Assembly (NCBI GenBank): GCA_035084275.1
Contig: CM068755.1
Span: forward strand, 8,246,001-8,310,000
Direction: 5' to 3'
DNA length: 64,000 nucleotides
From: Hydrolagus colliei
Taxonomy: Eukaryota
Below the pieces are notes generated by a model. It made no database searches, was not told the origin of the DNA, and worked only from the letters and a program-made list of their open reading frames with translations. Shown one piece after another: positions 50,054 to 61,200 of this stretch. Within the stretch, counting starts at the first letter, position 1. The number at the start of each line of letters is the position of its first letter. A program made the position numbers and the translations under genes.

Positions 50054-53000
50054 TATTAGGGAGGGAAGATTCAGCTAGGGTTGATCACAACTAATTGACC
50101 TTCACTGCTGGAAGGTGCATACAGGTGCTGGAGGCATTTAATAATAATTATTGCATTGATATAACACTGTCTCACATCTTCTAGACGTCTCGAAGAGCTT
50201 CACAGTATACACTTGGTGAAGATACGATTAGGGTTTGACAGTGAAGCTCCATCATCAAATAGCTTGCCTACACTTATATTCAAGGCTAACACATAAAGAA
50301 TAGCTACTTGGACACATTACTGATGGACGCTTGCTTAACTGTCCCAAGTGAGTAGAAAGAAGGAAAAATTAGCCAGAAAGGAAATAAAACATGACTCCTT
50401 CGCACATGACCTTGAGTTTCTGATGTACAGTAAACATAGTGAGAAAGGGAATAGAAATATCGAGGGAATAATTATAATAATGTAAATATTATCATTTCAA
50501 TCTTCAAATTTCACCCACATATCCTGTATTGCCAACTCTGGAACTATTTCCTAGTTAGTGAATAATATGTTTTAGAGCAGATTTGACCTATTTATCCAAC
50601 TTATGTTGTATATTGGAATATTATTTATGCACATGTTGCACAAAAGCTGTTAGAACTGTGCTGAGTAGTTCACTTACAGAAAGACAGCAAGGAATGGATG
50701 TGCAAGACAATGGTTTAGTTTGTAACTGATGCAAATGATGAATAAACCACATGATTAGGGTAGATTTGCTAAATACTGAAATTGAATGACAGGTTTTTAC
50801 TCCCTCATTTGCATTTAATTTTCAAAATCCTTCCCTGTGAAGAAGGCTCAATGAGAAATGCTATAGGTCATTTCACACTGAGACAAATGGATCAAGGCAG
50901 TCCTAGATTTGATTCCAAGTACATGCAATATGAAATCTGAGTGAGAGCAATACAGTTGGCCTTGAGCGTCTTGAGGCTGGAAAGGAAGAAAATCAGCCAC
51001 AACTCCTACCGTTTGGCAATCCCTGTTGGAACTGCATGCTTAGTGAGCATACAACTTGCTTCAGGTCTAAAGCCTAAGGTCAGAAGCCCCAATTCAGACA
51101 AATAGCAATGAAGAATGACCACTCACTGAAGTGACCAAAATGCATACTACCACAGCGTCCTGCATGAGTTGCTGCTTTCAGGAGACAAAGGTTAAAGGGA
51201 CCAAACTGGATTTGCTGCTAAGAACATATCCCAAACAGTTTTCCATGTAATTTTCATTCTTCAGAAGTACAAATCATTTCTCATTTCCATAAAACTGTCC
51301 TCACCTCCAGATTCACTTGAAGGCTTTATGTCAGAGGATGAAAAGAATGAATATTTAAGTCTCACAATTCTCTTATCAATGACTGATTACTGTACACATT
51401 TCTTTTGGCAAGAATGGTCTCTGAGCCAGCTGTCTTAAGTGTGTTCTGAATATTAATGGGAATCTCCAAAGGACAAAATATGGGTGTGATGCTTTGAAAA
51501 CTTATTACTTTATATCCTGAAAAACTACATCTCTAAAGTTAAGACATATAAACTACTGCTGAGAAAGCCTCATGCGTTTCATAAATTGCCCTAAAAATTG
51601 TTACAAAATGCAGCAGGCTCAAACCATTGCCAGTGGATTGGATGCAGATTAGAGAATATTCTACAATGTTTTTGCTGCATCAGCATAGAATATCTAATAT
51701 GCCGTTTGTTGACAGAATAGGTTTGTGTTTAAAAACAAAAGTTCAATAAAATATTTATGAAAACTAACACCTCTAATATTATTTTTGAATCCTGTCTCAC
51801 TCTAAGGAATGTGGTCAGAAAAACGCCTGTACAAAACTAGTTTGGGCTCCCCCAGAATTCTTGCTACTTTTTATACAGTATTCCTTCCCACCAGAGAGGG
51901 CCGATGAAAGTTGTATTTGTCCATGGAAGTCACCAGGATTATTGAAAATCACTCCCAAGGATTTTGACCTAATTTTGCTGCCAAGGTCCACAGAGTAGCA
52001 GCTACTTTGGTTTTGAAGTTCTGTTTCTTTGGATTCCTTTTATCAAAAATGCTGACGTTGCTATTTAAGTTTGAATCAGATGACTTCATGAAGCTTGAAG
52101 ACTTATGCTGGACATCATTAACTTGTTGGCCAAGGTTTTCAATCAGAATCGTAACTTAGTTAGTAACTTTGTTCCTTGTTAGTAACTTAGTTTCTTCATC
52201 CTTACAATAGATCATGATATCTTCATCTGAACCCATAGTTCATACAGTGAGGACAGTCCCGGCTTTCGATTTAATTATTTGTAAAATGTAGAGTGATTCC
52301 TGTCCTCAGTGTTTCTGTGCTCGTGAAAGCTACAGCTGCTGCAAAAGTACACTTCCTGGTGTCTGCCCTAAATTTGCCCTTCATACCCTGTTTCTGTGAT
52401 TGCTTCATAGCTCACACACTGTTCACTGCAGCCCATTAGAGATGAAGACTGCTGATAATGGACTTTGTTAAATATTTTGTAACCTTTTAAATCTAGATCT
52501 GATTGTAAGTACACTGAAGATTCTTGTATAAACACTGTCACAAGGTCCTGAGTGCGCCTTGTTGCCAAGACTGTACTTACAAAGCGTTATTGATGCATTT
52601 TGAAATGTTTTTTTGTCTTCAGTGGCAACTCCTAGACAATCAAACCAATGGCTGTATTTACAAAAAGAAACCCTTTCTTTGTACAAGTACAGCATTCACA
52701 GTGTAGCCTGGACATTTCTGTAATATTAGTCACTGCCTCCCAACACTGATGTCCTGTGATTACCATGTGAGAGAAGCACCATCAAGTTTGCATTTCTTTT
52801 GATTTTCTTTCAAATAGGATCTTAAGAGAACAGTGGCTAAAACAATATTCTGAAAGTAAATTCTCTTTACATACCCAAATTTCTTTAACTGTCTTTTTTT
52901 CATGAAAAGTATTGGTGAAATTTGTGGTTTTTATAATGAGTTGGGTGTGACAACTATCACAAGGCATGCAATAGTGAAACCACTCATTTCTATCCATTTG

Positions 53001-55467
53001 ACAAGTTTTGTAAGGCTGCATTAATTGTACACCACAGCTCCATCTCCACCTTGCTTGCTGAGGCCACTGGAGACTGTTTGAGAGTTTTAGAATGGGCATT
53101 CCCTGGGACTCTGTCTTTGTGCCACGTTCATGGTGATGGTGGTGGGGGGGAGGGAGTAGGAAGGAGTGAGAAGAGAAGATTGGCAGCTGAAAATCAAAAT
53201 ATCAGCAAAAGCTTGCCATTTAGGATTGAGACTGAGCTGTGATCCAACCTCATTGAACGAACAGGAGGAAACTAGTGTTATTTCATAATGCAAACAGCGC
53301 ATTTGGCTCAAGTGAGCCTATGTTTTTCTTTATCTGAGCCACCTAATGTAATCACACTGTCCTGTTGCTCCGCATAAATTACAATAATTTCTAATGTTTC
53401 CTTTTTTGAGCATCTGTTGAATTCACTTTTTAAAAGAATTTATACACTCTTGCCACAACAATGGTTTGAGATTTCACATTCCAACCACCCTCTGTGTAAA
53501 GAAATAATCAATCCTCTTTCTGTCGTGACTTGGAATGTTTTCCTTCCCTAATCAATCTCAATTTTGTAATGAGTTCTTGAATGCTAGTGTCCCCCCCTCC
53601 ACCCCCACCCATCGGAATCTGGCAGCTTGCTGATTTTATGAAAGTGAACATTAATATTGTGCTACCTGATGACCAAGCTAAGGATTTATGTAAAAGTTGA
53701 GGAATTTATCATTATCTATTTGCCAGCTGTTCATTATCCAGTAACAAAACCATGAAAAACTGCAGTACATGGGCCAGAGGATTGCTGGAAAATAAATCCA
53801 CATTCCTTAATTTTTCCTTCCCAATCTGTGATTCAATTCCCAAATCAACAGAATAAAGTTGGTGTCGAATTTTAAAAAAAATGTAAATAACACCCCAATT
53901 GGGAATGATTTGATTAAATGGAATTTTATTCTTATGTTATTGATGTCTGTTACCTATGCTTTCCAATATAATAATTTATAATTTCCTGTACAGTGTTTAA
54001 GGACTTAAGTTGTAAAATAATGACTATTCTGTTATTTAACTCAACGTAATGACTTGAAGTTAAATTACACATAAAAGATGGAAAACTACTTAACCTGGAG
54101 CCACTTATTTGAATCAAAATCTTCATAATTTACTAGCACCAATCTCTTGTTCGAGAGACCCTTCATTGACCACAATTGACTAAAAGTGGTTGAGAGCATG
54201 AACTATGGCCTGTCTCCTAACCAGGTACTGTACTTCCATCATTCAATCAAGTTAAGAAAAGCATTGCAATCATAGACTGCCACCGTGTTTTTCTCAACGT
54301 GAGCCTTCCTATTTAATCACATTCTCTTCCTTACAAATCTTTAATGTTCTTCCACTTCAAGCACCTAACTAATTCTTTTTAAAAAATAATTTATGGATTC
54401 TGCCCCAGCTACATTTTACGCTGACAGCTCCACATGCCACCTTCTGCATCAAGTATTTTTTCTAACCTCCGCTTTAGTTCTTTCTGAGATTATCTTAAAC
54501 GTTTGCTCTTTTGTGACTGACTCACCAACCATTAAATATAATCTATTACTATTGCCTTTATTACCCTTTACCATAAACCCTCACAATCTTCAAAATCGTT
54601 ATCAGGTCACCTCTTAGTGTTGTCAGCTTTAGCTAAGAGTGGCTTTACTTTCTCAAGTCTCTCTTCCTACTGAACCAAGCCTCATCCTTGATAATTAGTG
54701 AATCTATGCTGCATCTTTTATTCTTTTTCAATATCCTTAGGAAGTCGTACAAACAATTCTGTCTCCCTCCATAAGGGACTGCCAAATTAAAGAGCTGGTA
54801 ACTAACTTTCACCTTAATGGATATTATTTAAGAAAGGCGCAAACCTATAACAACAAGTTGCATTTATACAGTGCCCTTCCCACGGGGAGCGTCTCGTAAC
54901 CTATATCTTTTAACAGGTTTGTTCCTTGTGCGCATTGCAAGGATCAGAGAGAGCTTGAATATAATCTTAATAAAATCTCCTTTTCCCTGTTTAGTTGTGT
55001 TCAATGTAAATATTGCAGCTGAGGAATGGGAATTTTTCCTTTGATTGTGTCCTGTGTCAGTGTCACTCATTTCCAGGTCTAATATGGGTTATATGGAGGA
55101 TACACATTATGCTTTGCTGTAATAAGGACAACTTAATCCTCCGAATGCACTTGGCAAGTGCCACACTTCCGAGTCATTTATTTTTTAAGAGTGCTGAAAA
55201 ATGTTCAGACTGGGATGTGATGTTGTACAACCGCTACTATACTTTTTGTAACTGGTTTTGTGCTGGATACTTGGTCAATTGTTGTGTTCTGCAGTCAGGT
55301 CTGCAGAGGTATGTCCAGATGAGGCTGATGTACAACTTCCCAGAGTGTATTCGTAAGACTACCCTGATTCAGTTCATACACTGGACAAGATTGCATTGCC
55401 AACCCAACACTGACTTGCCTTTTCCTTCCATGTAGAAAACGTGTTTTGCAGGGGTTTGTACTATTGT

Positions 55468-55633
55468 AATAATAATAAATTGGCCATTTCAATCCACGAC
55501 CGTTTGTGGGACACTGCTGTGTGCATTTCACCCACATACACACAGTCAATTCACTTTACAGTATATTCTGTGAAGCTCTTTGAGACGTCTAGAAAACGTA
55601 ATAAGGCGTTATATCAAATGCAAGTATTATTAT
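55468..55633 (+). mobile_element. Young SINE, 3' half
   Basis: Family body and tail. Confidence 0.85.
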
Positions 55634-56448
55634 AAAGGATCCTTTATAATCAATGTGACAACCTTGTCAGCGATCACCTGGGCCAATAGCATAAAGTGCA
55701 GCCGTCAATTTTCCTTGCAATCTGCTATAAACAGTGTAAAACGGCTAAAATGAAGTTTCTGGCCCCAGCCTGCTGCCAGCTGCGGGGAGGACCTGTGAGA
55801 AACCAGGCACCAGTACTAACAACTAGAGACAATCCTCAATCTTCAGTTATTCTTTTCTAGTTCAACATTAAAGAGAGACAAAACCTTAAGGGGATTATTT
55901 AAAAGAAGCGGTGAATAAAAGAACTCTTGGCAACTCCTAATGAGATACATCCGAAGGAAATACATGAGCAGAAGGATGCCTATGTTACATCTGACAGCTG
56001 TAATAGTTAGGGCATTGATGTATTGAACCTATTGACTCTGGAGCCCCAAATCTCTCATGTTCTCACCCTTAATATTTAAAATTGTGCAGAATTTTGAAAT
56101 ATTAAATACAAATTTAATTGGGATGCTGATTTTCCACAATCTCAAAAAGATAGTGGAAAGCTGGGTCCTATTAATAATGAGTTATGAATTTTTTTTAAAA
56201 AATTGCGTGATCTTATAATAAAACTTTTATAAGACTGGCTGTTTTGTGAATACTGAATCTGCAATAAAATTAAACATATGAATAGTAATAATTGCTGAAA
56301 GATAATGTTTTTCAAAATATTTTTGCTCTTTTGTGCTTGGGTCCCTTCAAAAGTACTGAATAAGTATCGGGTTGAAAACTGTATTGAAGGTTATCGGGTT
56401 GGGTGTAGACCGAATTGAAGTATTTTTAAGTTGAATTCAGTTGTTTTT

Positions 56449-56535
56449 TGTATGTGTATGTGTGCAACTACGTATGTGTGCATTTATGTAAGTATGTGTG
56501 TGTATGTATCCGTGTATGTGTATATATGTATGTGT
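56449..56535. repeat. Degenerate (TG/TA)n microsatellite
   Basis: Directly visible. Confidence 0.8.
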
Positions 56536-57639
56536 GGAGTCTGAATGGTCGCTTATTGCCCTTCAACCACATGACCATTTTTATGTCTGAAACTCACCAG
56601 CATATGAGGAGGGAACACAATCCAGTAATGAACCCGTCCTCACCAGGCAGTTGGACTTTCCAGCATGGAATGGCTGAAATCAAGTAAGATTAGCTAACTC
56701 AGCACAGGCAATACAGTCGGATGCATAACCTTAATTATATGTGTGGGACAGTTTCACAGAAGCCATTGTTTTACCCACAGAGCCATCAGGAAAAGCCTAA
56801 TATATTTTTGAAACTACATCTGGACAGCTGGGTTGAACTTGTTGTTAGTTCCTGCCTTTCTGTGCCAGCTATACAATATTTTACATTCCAAACACATAAA
56901 AAGCTTAATACCACCAGTGGAAAATTTAAATGGGTCATTGGCAGAAACAGGGTTGGGGCCATCTCAATGGTGCAAAACTACTCTTTGTCTCAAATAACAA
57001 TTGTACAAATGTCACATTTTGTTCAACTCACGTTTTGCTTAACTCACTGTTTGGTGCAGTGACCACAGCTCAGGATATTTTCCAACTCAATAAACAACAT
57101 GGTTTACTGAGAGGAAGGAACTCAACACAAAGGACTGGCAGCTAATCCTAATTTTGCATGAAATGGATGCAAAATATGCAGATATGTTCAGTAGATTATG
57201 ATTTTTTCCTTTCTATAAATCCAATACTTGTTTATTTTATGAATTGGAAGATTATATTTGCAGATTCTCTTAAGAGGTCAATGTCAAAAATAGCTTTAAA
57301 ATGAACAATGAATGCAGCGTTTGGAATTCTGAGTTTCTATGGCAGCATGTTTTATCCTTCCTTATATGTGTGGGACTATATTTATAAGTTACTTGTGAAG
57401 TGCACTTTCCAAAGTGTAACTGAACCTACAGATCAAGAAACCCCCAGATTGGGGTTCCTAATATTTGTTGAGTTATCTGATCTCACAACAGTGCCTCACA
57501 TTCCCGAATAAGGAGGGGGGAAATCAGTAAGTGTCCCTCTTCCTGATTGCAATCCCAAACCCTTGCTGCACCCTCAATGTCATGAGTATAGATAGGACCT
57601 GGCAGAGAAGCAGCCTATCGATATGCACTACTCCTGAAG

Positions 57640-58207
57640 AATAATAATTATCCCTCAAGATAAAAAAAATAATGTGGTCACTCAATCCACAATAGTTTGT
57701 ATTGAGTGCAATTGGCTGCCACATTTTGTCCACAAAATATATAGTCAATTTACTTTGCAGTATATTCTGTGAAGTGCTTTGAGGCAACAAGAACAAAATT
57801 ACATTTGTATAGCGTCTTTCACGTCGGGAGGACGTCCCGAGGCACTGGACAGTCAGTGTTTCAGACCTGGGGAGGTTGGAGTGAATGGGAGGATAGGGGG
57901 GTGATGGATGGGACTGTCGAAGAGGTGGTTCTTGAGGTGGGACTTGATGGAGGCTAGGGAGGGGATGATGCTCGGGATTGCGGGATGAAATTCCAGAGGT
58001 TAGGGGGCTGAAGGCTCACCCGCAGATGGTGGGACAGGTGGGTTGGGGGACATGGAGCAGGCTGGAACCCACTGAGCGGAGGGAGCGGTCAGGTTGGTAA
58101 AGGGTTAGGTGGTCGCAGAGGTAGGATGGGGCAAGGCCATGGAGGGCTTTAAAGGTGGCATCTAGAAGAAGTAAAAAGCACAATATCACATGCAAGGATC
58201 ATTATTA
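57640..58207 (+). mobile_element. Young SINE split by an antisense L2 3' fragment (57787-58156)
   Basis: The SINE tail breaks at ...ctttgaggca and resumes at tctagaagaag...; the L2 piece is flanked by GGCA on both sides. Confidence 0.85.
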
Positions 58208-61200
58208 ACAACTACTGGGTTTTGTCGAATTGTCCCCAGAATGAGCTTCAGGGGATGAGAAAGGAAGAATATTGGCAAAACAAATTCAGATAGGACTTGA
58301 GTTTTGAGCAGGGGACATAGTGACCCTGAACATCTTGGAGCCTGTGTAAGTAATTGACTGCACCCAGTTCCTGTCCTTGTGCTCTGCTTTCCTGCATTTC
58401 TGTTACACTGAGATCTTTACTGTTACATTTTCCTTCTCCAGGAAGCTGCTTACACAGAGAGATGAAAAGGCAAAGCTGCAGGAAGCCTCACAGGACCCAT
58501 GTATCACAGGCTTGACACTGCCTCACAGCACATGAGGATGTTTAAGTCATTCTAGGCGGACATGCCCTGTCGATTTTAAACCGACTCAGTTTCCGTAGGC
58601 AAAAATAACCACATTCATTCAGCCCGAATCACTTGTGTTCCTGACTCAGATCCTGTGAGCTACACTTCATGGAACTGTTTCTTGATCTGTATTGTTCAGT
58701 TACACTTTGGAAAGTGTTACAGCTTAACCCATGGAAAGCCTCTTGTGATATTCTGCTATCAGTTGGTCTGAAAGGATAAATGGTTCATTCTTATTCAAAC
58801 TGCTGGGGAAAGGCATGTTTCACCCTGGCTTAATAGGTAGATGCATTGTCCCTATTGTCAGCCTCTTGGGATCAGGAAGAGGGAAGCAACCCACTTCCCT
58901 CCAAATGATTCAACATCAACTTTAATTTATATAGCGCCCTCCATGCCAGACGGCGTCTCAGAGTGCTTCACACAGGACTCTGTAGTGAGTCCTGTGAATT
59001 GTCAGTGCTGGGCAAGGGCAGCATCAGGCTTGACTGTGTTGCTTACTGTCAAGGCTCCCACGAGAATAAAGAAAGGTACCACAGGACACCCAGCGCTTCC
59101 AGAAATGTTAAAAAAAAGTCAAAACACCTATGGAAGAACGGGAGAAAATGTTACCACACGCAAAAAATGAACTGAGGGATAAAAGTATTTTGTGGGTGGT
59201 GGAGTGAGTTATGAAGCTGACCTTTCACCTCCAAGTGCTCATGCCAGATGGATAGATAGATTACCAGTCTTTTCTCTAATAGGGCCTGGGTGGTGCTATG
59301 CATCAGAAGATTGTATTTCACCTCTGGGATCCTGGAATCTGGCCCAGACAGAGGAGATAAAATTCTTCTCTCACTGATAGAGGACTGGATCTTGTCGTGC
59401 GTCAGTCAACTGATCTTTGACCTCCAGTCTCTGAACTGGAATCCAGCCCAGATCAAATAGATGAAGACTTCCTCTCTATGATGAGTGGTAAGTTCCAATG
59501 CAATATAGTCCAAGGACAATCTCAACCCTGTTTCTAGTCAATGTGTATCAAGAGCGCATGGTACCTTGTAGTTTGACAATAAGTTAGCAATCTCACTCAT
59601 GCCTAATGTACAGTATAAAGCCACTTCAGCAAAGTGTATGTGCTGGAGTTTCAGGTGCAGTGGAAACAACCTGCTTACATGTGTGATTGATTGGGAATGT
59701 CAAATGGTGGCTTTCAGTTCCGGCGTTTGACTTTCCTCATTATCTAGTCAATCTATGTAGAGGCAGATGTAAAGCCAATTGTTGGACTCCATGGCTTTGA
59801 TCAGACATTAGCCAGAAATCTGTGGTGGTACTCTGGGTGTCAGTGTCTCTATTTACCACTAGATAGTGCTGCTGGCTCTAGTTACTTCTAGCACTGTTGC
59901 TACTTATTGCTGCGGGTGAAGGCACTGCCAGAGGGAAGATCCAGAGGGAAAGGGGTGTAGGGTGATTCCTGAAGGTGGGTGATGTGGAATGGAAATGACA
60001 CTGGTTTGTGGTAGGGTCATTCTTCTGAAGCAGACACGTTGCGACACATTGTTGAATCAGATTTATACTACATCTGACTCAGTGATGTACTTTTCCTCAC
60101 TCTGTCATCTCGCCATTGACCCTAAAAGTGCTCCTACTCAGTTAGTGTTCCTTCTGCAAAAGGGTGTTCTTCTGACATAAAGACAGTGCTCAGACAGTGA
60201 GTGTATTTGACCCCAAAGTATTTGACCATAGCATTACAGCAAGATAGCATTACAGCAAGCCCAATTGTATCCTCACCAGACTTATACACAAGTCTTCCAG
60301 CAGGAGTTTGCTACAAAGGAATCAGGACCAACAATAATAAATTTATTTAACAGCTTGTACATCGGGAGGACACCCCAAAACGCTGGACTGTCAGGGCTTT
60401 GGAACTCGGTTTGACTTTCCTCCTTCATAGCCTATAGGACTATTGTTAGCATCACTGCCTCAACTGCAATCAACTGGCTTAGCACAGACTGTGAGTCAGA
60501 TCTGCAACCTTCTGCTCTGTATGGTTCATGAGTCAGTGTCGTTTTCCACCAGGACATCAGGGAAAAGCCCAAGCCTTATTTTCCACTGAGTTTAAGATTC
60601 TTTCAGGGTTTAGTGGGCGTTTTCTTGAAGCTCAGCCCAGTTCCAAATGAAAATAGTTTGAATACGGGCTGTATAAACGAAGGAAGTGCACTGACCCAGA
60701 GATCACGCAGTTGCCAGAATGAATTGTTATATTGTTTTGAAAGGGATAACATAAAAATGGGTGAGTGATCATATGTCACGAAGTAACATTTTCTCAATTA
60801 TCTTATTATTCAGCCCAAGTACAGTACCAGGACTGTAAAATCAATCCCGGATCTTTGGTAGCTAACTCGCCCCACCCAAATGCTGCATTTACACACTGAT
60901 CTGCTGAGTGAATTTGATAGCTGAGAATTTTATCTTGATTTTTTTCCCCCAAAAAGCTAAACTGATTTTAAAGGAATTAAAAGAAGTTTAAGAATCCTGG
61001 GGGGGGGAACCACAAAAATGCTGCGTGTTGCACAGAGCAGTATTGTATATTAAAGTAATGCACAGGCCCTCTGTGGCAACCACAGCTGCTCAGAACTCTG
61101 CACAACCTATTCCATTTTCAGTTCAATTGAGGTGAAACTCTACTTGTAATAAAATCCTTATCTTGAAAGCACTAAATTGTGTTGACTGGAAAGTCACGGG

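Larger units (their letters stand above)
46878..51770 (+). other. HMG20A: Candidate terminal exon and 3' UTR of HMG20A (adds R-C-S-stop, TGA at 46885-46887)
   Basis: Strong acceptor cctttctcctctttcttatcccttag. AATAAA candidates near 50383, 50741 and 51745; the 3' end is uncertain. Confidence 0.5.

Noticed and set aside
61060-61090. CTCF-like motif (reverse complement GCCACAGAGGGC)
   Set aside because: Spacing does not fit the core consensus well enough to call by eye.
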